NCBI RefSeq assembly: GCF_006345805.1
Contig: NC_043001.1
Coordinates: 83,824,001 to 83,888,000 of the forward strand
DNA from: Octopus sinensis
Lineage: Eukaryota
DNA: 64,000 nt
Direction of reading: 5' to 3'
This document shows, piece by piece, positions 26,271 to 38,750 of the stretch (the first letter of the stretch is position 1; each line of letters begins with the position of its first letter). The position numbers and the translations under genes were made by a program. The notes under the pieces are model-generated. The model made no database searches. It was not told where the DNA came from and saw only the letters and a program-made list of their open reading frames with translations.

Positions 26271-26722
26271 TATACGACAGGATTCTTTCAGTTTCCGTCT
26301 ACCAAATCCACAAGTAGACACCTGCTCAAGGTGCCACGCAGTGGGACTGAACCCGGAACCATGCGGTTGGTAAGCAAGCTACTTACTACACAGCCACTCC
26401 TACGCCTTTAATTATTTGATTAATATATTTAATTTAAAGTGGCCTCATTACATTAAACAATCTTATACACAACTTACCAAGTACCACTCGCATATCTCTA
26501 TTCTTTGGTCTGAATCAGCATTAAGAATATGGACTATTCTTAGAATGTTAATTTTCTGATGACAGTTCTTCAAAATGCAAACTGATTTTGAAATTCTTAT
26601 CTCACGACTTACTTGTCGCATGGATTTTTCTCGGACTCTTGCAATGTGGAACTAGTGCTCTTTCTTGCTTTGTGGGCATCGTTGATGTTCGTAGTCTTCG
26701 GGAACGTTTCTTGTGGACACTC
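25325..26722 (-). mobile_element. Decayed Tc1/mariner (DD41D-like), interrupted by SINE A
   Basis: N-terminal KKRSRRLRTST..SPRK..ISKSV..RIVHILNADSDQRIEICEWY; C-terminal YLKDEVYGTNLATVDGLK..NGYEFE. Confidence 0.7.
25966..26407 (-). mobile_element. SINE family A
   Basis: Full-length copy with expanded internal microsatellite. Confidence 0.9.
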
Positions 26723-27046
26723 TAAACAGGCATAGGAGTGGCTGTGTGGTAAGTAGCTTGCTTACGAACTACATGGTTCCGGGTTCAGTCCCACTGCGTG
26801 GCACTTTGGGCAAGTGTCTTCTACTATGGCCTCGGATTCTGTGGCGTATATGTCCTCATCCCACCCTTGGATGGGACATCGGTCTGTTGCAGGATTACTC
26901 ATTTTTGGTGAGTGGGTTGGACAGCGTGAAATGAAGATATTTTGCTCAAGAACAAACACAATGCATCGCTCGGTCTAGGAATCGAAACCACAGTCTGGAG
27001 AGTAACACCTTAACCACTAACCCATGGGCTCCCACTACACATCCCC

Positions 27047-27074
<28 letters not shown>

Positions 27075-27097
<23 letters not shown>

Positions 27098-27445
27098 GAA
27101 AATTTCTATTTGTAATCTCTCAACGAGAAACATTCAGTTAGAGTTCTCTAGAGTAGAGATTATTTCCCAACATAACGTGGCAGTCCTGTTTAGGACGAAT
27201 GCTCCTGTTATTTAGCCCCAGGAAGCATCGTCTCCAGCTGGTTATACGACATACTACCTATGTCTTTATGTTTTCGAACAAGGGAGTTTAGCATCCCCAA
27301 TCAGCAAAAACAATATCTGTGTATCGCGATTTTTGAGTTATTTCCCTTCATCAGCACAGAATAACTGTTCGGCATGAGGTGGCGCTGCTAAATTCTTGTT
27401 CGAAGTATATAGTTTTCAGAGTGACACACAGTCACTGACCTAATA

Positions 27446-27450
<5 letters not shown>
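27075..27450 (-). mobile_element. About 375-bp hammerhead-bearing repeat in (TA)n, related to 3916-4562
   Basis: ctgtg CTGATGA a ggg aaataa ctc aaaaa tcgcga ta cacag at 27317-27359 (minus strand); shares the ctcccttgttc motif. Confidence 0.65.
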
Positions 27451-27502
<52 letters not shown>

Positions 27503-27524
27503 GTGTATGTGTGTGTGTGTGTTT

Positions 27525-27771
27525 GTGGAGACGCGTGTCTTAGTGGTTAGGGTGTCAGCATCATGATCGTAAGATTGTGCCTTCGATTCCTGGACCGGGC
27601 AACGTGTGGTGTTCTTGAGCAAAACACTTCATTTCACGTTGCTCCTGTCCACTCAGCTGGCAAACATGAGTAACGCTGCGATGGACTGGCGTCCCGTCCA
27701 GCTGGGGAACACATACACCAGTGAAACAGGGAAACCGGGCCCATGAGCCTGGCTAGGCTTTAAAAGGGCGC
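27525..27771 (+). mobile_element. SINE, head C plus tail 1
   Basis: tRNA-like head; tail ..cccatgagcctggctaggctt. Confidence 0.8.
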
Positions 27772-27807
27772 ATAAATAATCAAAATAAGCAACAAGGATA
27801 TCCACAA

Positions 27808-27849
<42 letters not shown>

Positions 27850-27850
<1 letters not shown>

Positions 27851-28385
27851 CTTGATCATCTTGACCTACCAGTCCGCCGGGCTTCTATTTGACACCGCTG
27901 GTCACAACACGCTGTCCAATCCTCTCTGGATCACGCCTTTCTCATCCACGTGATCCCAATCGTCCTCCTGAAATCGTAACTCCACCGTCGTGGAGGCCTT
28001 CCGAGTGGTCGTTTCCGCTCACGCGGGTACCACTCGACAACTGCACCGGTTTTACCGATTATCGGTGAGCCGGGTGACGTGTCCAGCCCATCTAAACTTG
28101 CTGCGTGTATATTCTGCGATGACATCCCTCACGCCGGACTTCTCTCCTCTCTGATGACCTCGCTACTGATGTGCTCTTTCAACGAGATTCCAAGCATTGA
28201 CCTCTCCATGGCTCTTTGAGCCGTTACCAATCTCTGTTCTTCTCTCTTTGTTGTAGCCCATGTTTCACTACCATATAACATTGCAGGTAGAACTGTGCTG
28301 TTGATGAGGTTGGTACAGGTGGTCCTGTCCAACCTTCCCTTGAGCACATCCCTTATGCCATTAAACGCCTTCCATCCGGCGTCGC
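27850..28385 (-). mobile_element. RTE-clade LINE 3' fragment
   Basis: AGWKAFN..VLPAMLYGSETWAT..AQRAMERSMLG..KRPLGRPPRRW. Confidence 0.85.
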
Positions 28386-28620
28386 TCTCTTTCTCCAATG
28401 TAAAGAGCACTGCGGAGTTTGCCATATATGAGATTCGCCGAAGTGCAACAGAAGTGGTGTGCTATGTGATATTGCTTCTTGGGCCTCGTGATGGTGGTAA
28501 TATTGTTGATGTAGGGGCATGTGTTACATCGTCGGAGAGAACACTTAAAGGTTCCTGGTTGTGCGGAGCTGGGAGCTGTGAAGCTTCTAACAAGGAGATT
28601 TCTAAGATACCTATCTTTTT
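28380..28620 (-). mobile_element. Penelope-like GIY-YIG region fragment
   Basis: RNLLVRS..QPGTFKC..RCNTCPYI..FCCTSANLIY..LYIGE. Confidence 0.8.
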
Positions 28621-30345
28621 TTAAAAGACTGGAGAGGCATAAAAAAGAGGTAGTTATAGACACACTGACTTATGTTTGGTGTGTGTATGAATGTTTACAG
28701 GAACATATTATATATAAATGGTAGCATAGCTGAATGGTTAAAATGTTTATTTCACAATGACGAGGCCTCGTGTTCGATCCTGCTGTGAAGTAATTGGATC
28801 ATGTCTCTTCTACCGCTTCTTCGAGTTGACACAAGACCCGGATTAAATTTGTATAGAAGGACACACCGTGGCAAAAATGCAACATACCCAAATTGCAATG
28901 CTGCATATCATAGAACTACCAATCAATCACTGCACGCTGCAGGGGTGCATCCACAGTGTAAACTTAGAAGGTTGGAAAATGGTTTATTAGGATGACAAGA
29001 ATTTTGGATTCTACGTATCGGCTGACGTGGACTTAAAGAGTAACAACAACAACAACAGCAACAGCAACAACAACAACAACAACAACAGCAGCAGCAGCGG
29101 CAGCAACAACAACAACGACGAAAGCAACGACAAAAGACAATGATAGGGACAGCTGCAAATTGTCTTCAACAACAAACTCAGCCTATTTGACATTTATTTA
29201 CAATAAATACATTGTATCTATCTTCTGTCGTTAATCGATCCACTTTCGCTATTTTCAACTCAACTCCTCACGTGTCTGAGAAAGTTCATGTGCTTGAAAT
29301 ATCGATTTCATTTCAATATACAGATTGTGTTTATATTTTCTTTATTTTCTTCTTTTAGACAGTTGACAACACCTCTAATTTGTAACACGTTGATTTTCTA
29401 CTTTTTTTCTTTTCCTGTCGTTGGATACGACCGGGTTGAGATAGCAGGATAAGTTACTTCTTTATAAATTCGAAATACTGACTTTTTGTCCATTGATTAT
29501 TGTGGTTTTAGGTAATTTACATTTTCTCTTTGTATTCATTTCTATTTCTTTTTTGTGTGTCGTGTTTTGTGTTTCGGGTGTATGTGGGTGGTGTATTTTA
29601 CTTCTGCATGTGTTTTCAATATTAATTTTTTAAAGTATTTGTTACACTAGATTCGTTGAGGTCTTAGCACCTCTCATTCGTTATTACTTCAGATTCTGGT
29701 GGCTTTAAGAAAGAATAAAACCTCTTCATTTATCGTCTATTAGGACAAACTTGAGTTAAAAAGAAACTATTGTAATATAAGAAGCGCCCTTAATCCTTCG
29801 AACACGCGAATACACATTAGCGGGTGCGAATTCGTTTGGCGATATACTTGAAAGGTGAAAGCGCATGGCCTGGTGGTTAGGGCGTTGCACTTACGATCGC
29901 GAGGTCATGGTTTTAATTCATGGGCTGAGAGGTGCGTTGTGTTCTTGGGCAAACCACTTCATCCCACGTTGTTATGCTATCCTTTCGACACCGTGCACCT
30001 GTTCAGGCAACGCTGATTTGATGGAGGGAGTGAGATAATGTACAGTACATCCATTTGATCGCTATAAGCAAATCATTTGTACACGTTGTTCGGCAAGAAA
30101 TAACAGACCCGTCTTTCTCAGACTACGGGAGGCAACTATCATACTTGTAAGACGCAAATGCGGGCGGCAGTATAGTTTTGTGTTAAAGGCTGAAAATATC
30201 GATGCTTCCGCTTGTTACCGAGTCGTGAGCATAAAATTCATGTGACCATCCGCTTTTGCATCATCCAGGGGTGTAAAAAAAGTAAAATAAAAAGGATATA
30301 AGGTCCTTCCCAAGCCAGAGACTCACAAGGCCGGTTTCCCGGATT

Positions 30346-30760
30346 TATATTTCTTTACTGCCCACAAGGGGCTACACAGAGGGGACAAACAAGGACAGAC
30401 AAACGGATTAAATCAATTACATCAACCCCAGTGCGTAACTGGTACTTATTTAATCGACCCCGAAAGGATAAAAGGCAAACTCAACCTCGGCGGAATTTGA
30501 ACTCAGAACGTAGCGGCAGACGAAATATCTATTTCTTTACTACCCACAAGGGGCTACACACAGAGGGGACAAACAAGGACAGACAAACGGATTAAGACGA
30601 TTATATCGACCCCAGTGCTTAACTGGTACTTATTTAATCGACCCCGAAAGGATAAAAAGCAAAGTTGACCTCGGCGGAATTTGAACTCAGAACGTAACGG
30701 CAGACGAAATACCGCTAAGCATTTCGCTTGGCGTGCTAACGTTTCTGCCAGCTCGCCGCC
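30346..30760 (-). mobile_element. SINE family B two-unit copy (Tx1-like tail) with 13-15 bp TSD, inside another SINE
   Basis: Flanked by ccggtttcccggatt at 30331-30345 and 30759-30773; unit period about 182 bp. Confidence 0.85.
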
Positions 30761-32366
30761 GGTTTCCCGGATTCTGTGGGATATATATCTACCACTACCC
30801 AACTGGAGGGGCCACCGGTCCTTCGCAGGATTACTAATTTCTTTTGTCAGCTGAGTGGACTGGAGCAACGTGAAATGAAGTGGTTTGCTCGAGGACGAAA
30901 TACAACGTTTGGTCCAGGAATCAAAACTACAATCTTATGATCATGAATGCAACATTCTAAGCCACATGTCTCCACCGTCCAGGGATACAGTAAAATGAAA
31001 TCGTGCCTCCTAAAATGTACTGGCGTTTTCCAAGGGCTCATCAACTTTTTTGTGACGTAAGGTTCTAAGGCCCAATTTTCAGCGACGCAGTTGTACTGAT
31101 TATCTATTTTCACTGCATACAAAAGTTGCTAATCTAGAATAGTATAAGTGGTAAAGGCCATGCTTTTAAGACGTCTATTGTGGCCCAAGTGTACGAGAAA
31201 ATTCGAACTGCATTTAGTGATTTAACAAAGAATTCATCAATTTTGTGCATTTCTCTGCAGCTTCTTGCTCATAATCATTCCGCTCTGTGATATCTTCCTA
31301 CAGACTGGACCGTTGACAGACGGTTATCTTGGTCACTGTGACATCACAATAACCTTCACAAGATACGAACCGCCGAACTGTCGTCTAGATTTCCGGGGCC
31401 GAGAGCATAGACAATTTCAAACACCGAGCCACTCACACTGGTTGTCGCTTGACAAAATAATTATAAATTTAGAGGTAGAATTGACTGTTATTTCCAGTAA
31501 ATTGAGTTACCATGAAGGGACCCTTTTGTTCTCTCATTGGTTGTAAGGCCCCAATGAGCGGACAAGAGAGTCTCTTCGTGTTGCTGTGGCTGCTATTACT
31601 GTTGTTTATGTTGTTCAGGGACAACTCTTAAAGCTTTCCAGCCGTGACTAACCCGTATTTTTCTCGGGTACATTGCACTCAAGGCCACAAAATCCAATGT
31701 GTCCTTTGTCTCTAAGACGGTAGGGTGTGTTTTGAAGGAGATTTGGCTGCTATTTCTAGAAAATAGAACTAACGCGAGTGGTTGTTATCGCTCTTTAGCC
31801 TTGGGTGAACCGTAGTCGAGCACACCTATGGTTAAAGGCATTCTATCCAAGGCCATCGGTCCTTTTAGAGTAAATATCTACGGTATCATTTCTTTAAGAC
31901 GGTAGGGGTGATTTGAAAGAGGTGTAACTGCTACTTTTAGCCGATCGAGCCAAATGTAGAGTTATCCTCATTGATCCGGATCTTTTTTGTCGAATTACTG
32001 TTGCTACTACTGGTTTTAATTTTGTGATGAGTTAGTGGTAAGGGTGATACTGTTGTGATGATACGGGAGTAGGTTTGTTGCTTAGAGTGCTTATAGCACC
32101 ACCTTGATACTGGGTGTCTGCCGGATGAGGTAATGACTCAACAACCTCACCTTCGATTTGCTTTTTGAAGGAACGCAAGAGGAAGTATGGGGTCGGATCG
32201 GGAGTTACTATTCACTGTTTTAAATGACAGCTTAGGATGAGTCACAGCACATTAGCTGATACGACCTGAGGCCTTCATGTCATGTCACTTCATTTACATT
32301 CGCCTTACAGACAGCTACAAGCAATTAACCTCAATATAACACTAATTTATATTTTTTTGTCTTCAG

Positions 32367-32401
32367 GTATGTGTCTTGTTGGAAGACATAAATCTGTTAC
32401 G
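32367..32401 (+). other. Candidate 35-nt micro-exon or recursive-splice exon of an unknown host gene
   Basis: Branch-like ctaat, tttttttgtcttcAG acceptor and ACG|GTAAGA donor; two frames open (VCVLLEDINLL, GMCLVGRHKSVT). Confidence 0.45.
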
Positions 32402-32460
32402 GTAAGAAATATTAGTGTATAGGCTGAAAAATACCGACGTGACGTTTGTGACAATAAACG

Positions 32461-32741
32461 TTTTTTCAAGCCTAGCCAGGCTCATGGGCCCAGTTTCCTG
32501 GTTTCTGTGGAGGATGTGTTCCCCCCAGCTGGACGAGACACCAGTCCATCGCAGCGTTACTCAAGAAACAAGAAGAGAGAGAAAGTTGTGGCGAAAGAGT
32601 ACAACAGGGGTCACCACCATCCCCTGACGGAGCCTCGTGGAGCTTTTAGGTGTTTTCGCTCAATAAACATACACAACACCTGGTCTGGGAATCGAAACCA
32701 CTATCCTCCGACCGCGAGTCCGCTGCCCTAACCACTACGAC
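32461..32741 (-). mobile_element. Chimeric SINE, head D plus tail 1
   Basis: 12-bp flanking duplication tttgtgacaata (32445-32456 and 32743-32754). Confidence 0.8.
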
Positions 32742-32774
32742 ATTTGTGACAATACAGACATTTAATATTGGTTA

Positions 32775-32975
32775 CAAATTTAAGCACAAGCCCAGCAATT
32801 TCAGGGAGGGAGTAAGTCGATTACATCGACCCAGTGCTCAACTGGTACTTATTTTATCAACTCCAAAAAGATGAAAGGCAAAGTCGACCTCAGCGGAATT
32901 TGAACTCAGACCGTAAAAAGGACGCTAAGCTTCCTGCTCGAAGTGCTAACAATTCTACCAGCTCGCCGCCTTACA
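32775..32975 (-). mobile_element. SINE family B monomer with standard tail
   Basis: Head ggcggcgagctgg, B box GAGTTCAAATTCC, tail ..gggcttgtgc. Confidence 0.8.
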
Positions 32976-34228
32976 GAAATTTAATATTAAGATTTTATTT
33001 CACAGCATTGTAATTTTATACTAAAACACAATATTTCTACTGTATTGGGATTATGTTGCTCGTTTTTACATTGTACAGTATCATATTGAAACCAGTGGCA
33101 AGATTATATATCAAGTTGTTACTTTTACATTGATATGATTTATATTAAAATGCAATTACGGCGTGGGTGGCGTAGTGTCAAAGTCGTCTCAGCGCCGGGT
33201 AGAATATCTCGTGATATTTGTTTTGATTCAATACACTCCGATTTCGAATCCACTGAGGTCAGTTTTTGCCTTTCAAACAGTCAGGCCGATGAAAAGGTAA
33301 CAATCCTATGCGGTGGATCGGTGAAGTATTCGAATATCAGATCGGATGCCTTGTGATATTTGTTCCGTGTTCAAATTCCCCTAGGGTCCTGGGTGGTAAA
33401 CTAAATACGTCGCAGGTTTGGCACCATCACCTGGTACATTTGGCTCCCTTAGTGGGTTCCTCTCTGTTACAAGCATTCGGGTCAGGCCCCGGGTTTAAGG
33501 ATACATTCCTACCTATTTTCTGTAGTCTCGAACACTCTGTAGTAAATTATGGACACTGCCTTTTCGAATAAAAGGTAAAAGCGATTCAGAATATTTTCCT
33601 TTATCAACACGAACAACCCAAGACATTCACAGTAGTTCTACGAATGTCTACGAGGTTGAGACACTGAAACAACCATGTGTACCCTCACGAGCCTCAGCTA
33701 TTACTTTGGTAATGGAGGTCATGAAAGAAGCCAGATTCCTGGTCAGTAGCCCAGCTCCTGAATTTGTAATATCTCAAATTCTATAACTGGAAAATATAAT
33801 TTACCTGCAATGTGTGAATATGATTCTCAATCAAGTTCATATTTTAATATTATTGTGATTTTAGACCAGACATGGTGATTTTGCGGCTCTCTGAAGAACT
33901 AATTGCATCGTTTTGATGTACTCAGTGCAGCTGTCTGAAGTACTAAGTGTGGCTTCCTAAAGAAGGTACAAGGTTTGAGGAGATATTACAATGGAGTATA
34001 TTTTGTTAATTTAATTTTATCTAAAGGCTGCCTTTTCAACCAGTTGCGAATTTTAGATAGAATCACTGTATTCCTTTATCAACACTTGTAATTACTCTCG
34101 GAAAACGTAAATGTTAACTGTGGCCTAACGCACGATTTGATCTGATATCGTGTGCACATCGCCCCTTTAGAGACACCCACAGGCAATAAGTTGTGATTTG
34201 AGGTACGTTTGACTGCTGTTTTTAGTTG

Positions 34229-34630
34229 GTGGCTGTGTGGTAAGTAGCTTGCTTACCAACCACATGGTTCCGGGTTCAGTCCCACTGCGTGGCATCTTGA
34301 GCAAGTGTCTTCTGCTATAGCCTCGGGGCGACCAATGCCTTGTGAATGGATTTGGTAGACGGAAACTGAAAGAAGCCCGTCGTGTATATGTATATATATA
34401 TGTGTGTGCGTGTATGTTTGTGTGTCTGTGTTTGTCCCCCTAGCATTGCTTGACAACCGATGCTGGTGTGTTTATGTCCCCGTCACTTCGCGGTTCGGCA
34501 AAAGTGACCGATAGAATAAGTACTGGGCTTACAAAGAATAAGTCCCGGGGTCGATTTGATAGACTAAAGGTGGTGCTCCAGCATGGCCGCAGTCAAATGA
34601 CTGAAACAAGTAAAAGAGTAAAAGAGTAAA
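34229..34630 (+). mobile_element. SINE family A
   Basis: Homology to the other family A copies. Confidence 0.9.
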
Positions 34631-35655
34631 GTAACTGCATAAGCACCCTCATTTTTGTGTATATTTCTTTTGTGTATATTCTTTCCAGCCCCGACCATGT
34701 CGTCTGCTTTCAACTGGATACAGAAGTTTTTTTTATACAGGTTCTCATGAAGACGGGACACATTTTATTTGTAATTTACAGAAAAAAACATGAGATATTG
34801 TGTACAATTCGTTCTTTAAAAGCGATTGTAAGCTGTGATTTGAGGAAGATCTAGCTGCCAATTCTAGCCGATCATCCCACCATGTAGAATCTCTTTCGTT
34901 AGCCGGTGCATTCCATCGTATATTAGAGCGGCATATTGGATTCCATCATTGCAGTCCAGCTATTTTTCAAGAATAAATGCCAAGTTATCTGAAAATGTTA
35001 CGCGAGAGACACTTAACAGGTCAACAGCATGTAAATTATGCTATCAAAATGGAGAGCCTCACCTTAAAAATCTCTTCGTATTTCAAGGAGATATTTGCTG
35101 TTGCGATTATTACTGCTGTTGCGATTATTACTGCTGTTGTATATTAAGTACTGATTAAGCTGACTTGTGATTAAAGGCCTTCAAAAACGGAATAATCTCG
35201 CCAAAAACGGAATAATCTCGCCATGTTACTTTAACAATAACATTATTTTTAAAGGTAGCAAGGTGTTATTTGAGGGAGATTTAGTAGCTGTTTCTTTCTA
35301 AAAGATATAGGGCGAGATAAAGATGATATACGCTGTAAGCAGCGGGTGCATTGCATAATTAACGAGTGTTTTATTATCTTAAGTTACGGAGTTCAAGTCC
35401 TCACATCAAAGTCGCTTCAAGAGAGAGAGAGAGAGAGAGGGGGGGGGGAGAGAGAGAATGAGAGGGAGAGAGAAAGAGGAGAGAAAGAGAGAGAGAGAGA
35501 ATGAGAGAGAGAGAGAGAGAGAGAGAGACTCATTTCAATTCTAAAATATCTAGGTTATCTTTGTCAACTTGAACATTTACAGTTATCTCTCTCTCACACA
35601 CACACGTGCGCACGCGCATATACATCAATATATATATATATGTATATGTATGTAG

Positions 35656-35740
<85 letters not shown>

Positions 35741-35776
35741 GTATATATATATATTGTATATATATATATATGTATA

Positions 35777-35827
<51 letters not shown>

Positions 35828-35829
35828 AT

Positions 35830-35878
<49 letters not shown>

Positions 35879-36292
35879 ATATGCATAAACGTATATACAA
35901 CTGGTGCGTCAAAACTTTGTTTTGTTCCAAGGTTACAGAGAGAGAGAGAAAGTGAGAGAGAAAATAGATATTAGACAACACTATATATAAGAAACAAATG
36001 TCAATATGTTCTCTGTCTATAAAATATCTTTCAATCATGCTAGGATTAAACAAGCAAACGAATATCTTTAATTGTGAAAGGAGACCGATTTGAATTTATA
36101 ACGCATTGATGGCATGCAGTCAATTAACAAATTTCATGTGCTTTTACAGCCTTTTGTTCAAGGTGATATGGTGTGTGGGCTTTAGTTAAGACTTTATGTG
36201 ATAGACAGATGTAAATATCTTCTAAATCAAACTAATCACCAAGTCACATTAGACATGAAAACCAGTCTATCATATATGTGTATATATATATA

Positions 36293-36684
36293 TACTCTTT
36301 TACTCTTTTACTTGTTTCAGTCATTTGACTGCGGCCATGCTGGAGCACCGCCTTTAGTCGAGCACATCGACCCCGAGACTTATTCTTTGTAAGCCCAGTA
36401 CTTATTCTATCGGTCTCTTTTTTGCCGAACCGCTAAGTGGCGGGGACGTAAACACACCAGCATCGGTTGTTAAGCAATGCTAGGGGGACAAACACAGACA
36501 CACAAATACATATATATACATATATACGACAGGCTTCTTTCAGTTTCCGTCTACCAAATCCACTCACAAGGCATTGGTCGACCCTGGGCTATAGCAGAAG
36601 ACACTTGCCCAAGATGCCACGCAGTGGGACTGAACCCGGAACCATGTGGTTGGTTAGCAAGCTACTTACCACACAGCCACTCCT
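36293..36684 (-). mobile_element. SINE family A
   Basis: Homology to the other family A copies. Confidence 0.9.
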
Positions 36685-36700
36685 GTGATATATATATACG

Positions 36701-36850
36701 TACGAGGGGTACCCAAAAGAAACCGGAATTTTGCAGTATTATTTTATCCACTTAATTTTACATGTTTATACTTTTATCACCTCCAAAGTATTCTCCATTT
36801 GAAGCAACGTACTGGTCCAGACGCGTTTTCAACTAGCACCAGCTTCCGTC
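36701..36850 (-). mobile_element. Mariner 3' end fragment
   Basis: tacgagggg terminus; minus strand reads RLDQYVASNGEYFGGD*. Confidence 0.55.
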
Positions 36851-37072
36851 ACCGGCTGTATGAGTGTACGATGTTACATTTGTTTTTTTCTCTACGAAAA
36901 GTACTTTTTTTTCTACAAAAAAGTAGGGTGTCATATGCAAGAGAACGCCTTATACACCTGCAAATACGGTTCATAGTGTTATATTTCGTCTTAGCATTTG
37001 GTGAGCAAGATCCTTGATGTGAACTCATGTGCTGAAACAGATGTTGTACCTTGGAGAGTCATTATGCCAATA

Positions 37073-38750
37073 CACTGGGCAACAAGAAAAAGATTCATAG
37101 TCTGCTACCCAGGCAAATGATGTTGTACTAAACTAAATCGAATACGCTGATTCCGAATCTGAACTCAGAATTGCTGTAGCATGTCAGGATCTTTAGTTAT
37201 GTGCATAATTATATATTGATACTATATTAGAATCAGGAATAGTTAAGTTCAAGGTAAATAATTATTATAATAGTATATTTGTACAGTATACAGTATATTT
37301 ATGTTCAAGGCAAATAGTATTGTAATTTAATGGTATTATATTTATGGTTAAGGAATACTCACTTTATTTTTTATATACGCAGCTCAGAAATGTTTGAGAC
37401 ATTTGCTCTTGCGCTGATGCGTCGTGCTGGCACGACGAGGAAGGAAATCACCTTTAAATCACCACAAATATTCCACTTATGAACCGAGTATTTAACTCCT
37501 TTCAGAATGAGTTCCATCGATTCATAAGTTTCTTCCATACCGACAACATGACCCACAGGAATGAAAGGCTTTACATTACCATTATATAACAACACAGCTT
37601 TGAGGTTAACCTTACTCGAGTCTATAAAAATTCTCCATTCGTTAGCACGTGTCATAGTTTATGTATGAGTGCATTAGCCTTCAGTACATAAACAAGCGTT
37701 ATTTTCTTGCTTGAAAAGGATAGTTAAACGTTTATGGTGAGAACCGAAAATGGAAATTTTCGTACCTTGCTGTAGGAGATTCCGTTGTTGTAGTTTGGAT
37801 CCCAAAACTTCTGCCATCTCCTTTGACAATACTAGGTCTCTTGCTAAGTCGTTCAAATCTTGATTAACCTAGCCTGGCTCATTTTTCTTAGAATCAACTT
37901 CGTACTTTTCGTCGATAGAAGAGTCAGGGGGTGCATTGAGTGACGTGTCAAGATTTTCAAGTGAAGCATGTGAGAGGGGAACTGGGACAGGGTTCTCGAA
38001 GTCATGTGGGACCAGTTTTAGAGCCAACTTACAATCTGCATATACAATTTTTGCTTTGGTCTTCTTATTAATCATGCAAAAATAACAATCAGAGACATGA
38101 TTGGTTGGCTCACGCCACACCATTGGTACAGCAAAAAGCATTCCCTTCCGTTTCCATTCAGCCACTGTGTAAGTCCCGAGTAGCACACAGTGCAGCATAT
38201 ATGAGGTGTCCACCTCTTGTCTTGGTTCCCAACATTACACCCAAAATAATATTTAGAGGCAGTTTTTAATTTGGTTGGCAATGTTCTTCCGCTGTAACGC
38301 GTATCAAATTTTCCACAGAGATAACAAAAGTTGTCTGGATGATTCCCACAGCTGCTCCTATTCATGATCTAACACAATGAACACAATTAAAACAGTAATC
38401 ACGCAGAGCGAGAGATACCACACGTGACAGCAGCGCCAACGACACAGAGTTACCCAGAACAAATTGACGTATTTGGCACTTGCGCACAATACACCAGCGT
38501 ATTGCTAAACTAAATAAAGAAATTTCTTATCGTTTGTTTTATTGCTGTTATTTCTTTAATTTTGAAGACCGCTTTCATTTTAGCAAATTTTATTATACGG
38601 CCGAAAATATAGTTATAATCTTGCGCATGCTCATAACTCAAAATCCTGACACGCTAGAACAATTCTGAGTATGGATTCGGAATCAGTATCCTTGATTTAG
38701 TCTAAAACACATGCTTTTACCCCCAGTAGCAAAATCCTTGTTGTCCAGTG
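37073..38750 (-). mobile_element. Chapaev3-like (CMC) DNA transposon, internally deleted
   Basis: About 150-bp imperfect TIRs starting CACTGG; FCYLCG..QDKRWTPHICC..AVPMVWREP..DCYFC and EWRIFIDSSK..LKAVLL..ICGDLKV motifs. Confidence 0.8.

Noticed and set aside
26600-26724. Apparent minus-strand exon with AG and GTAAGT
   Set aside because: It translates as the N-terminal region of the Tc1/mariner transposase relic.
29270-29312. Possible additional hammerhead (ctgagaaag..ttgaaa)
   Set aside because: The core has an indel and the stems do not pair convincingly.
33865-33965. 101-nt exon-like segment (ttttAG..AAG|GTACAA)
   Set aside because: Stops in all three frames and a weak donor; it could be UTR or lncRNA but is unsupported.
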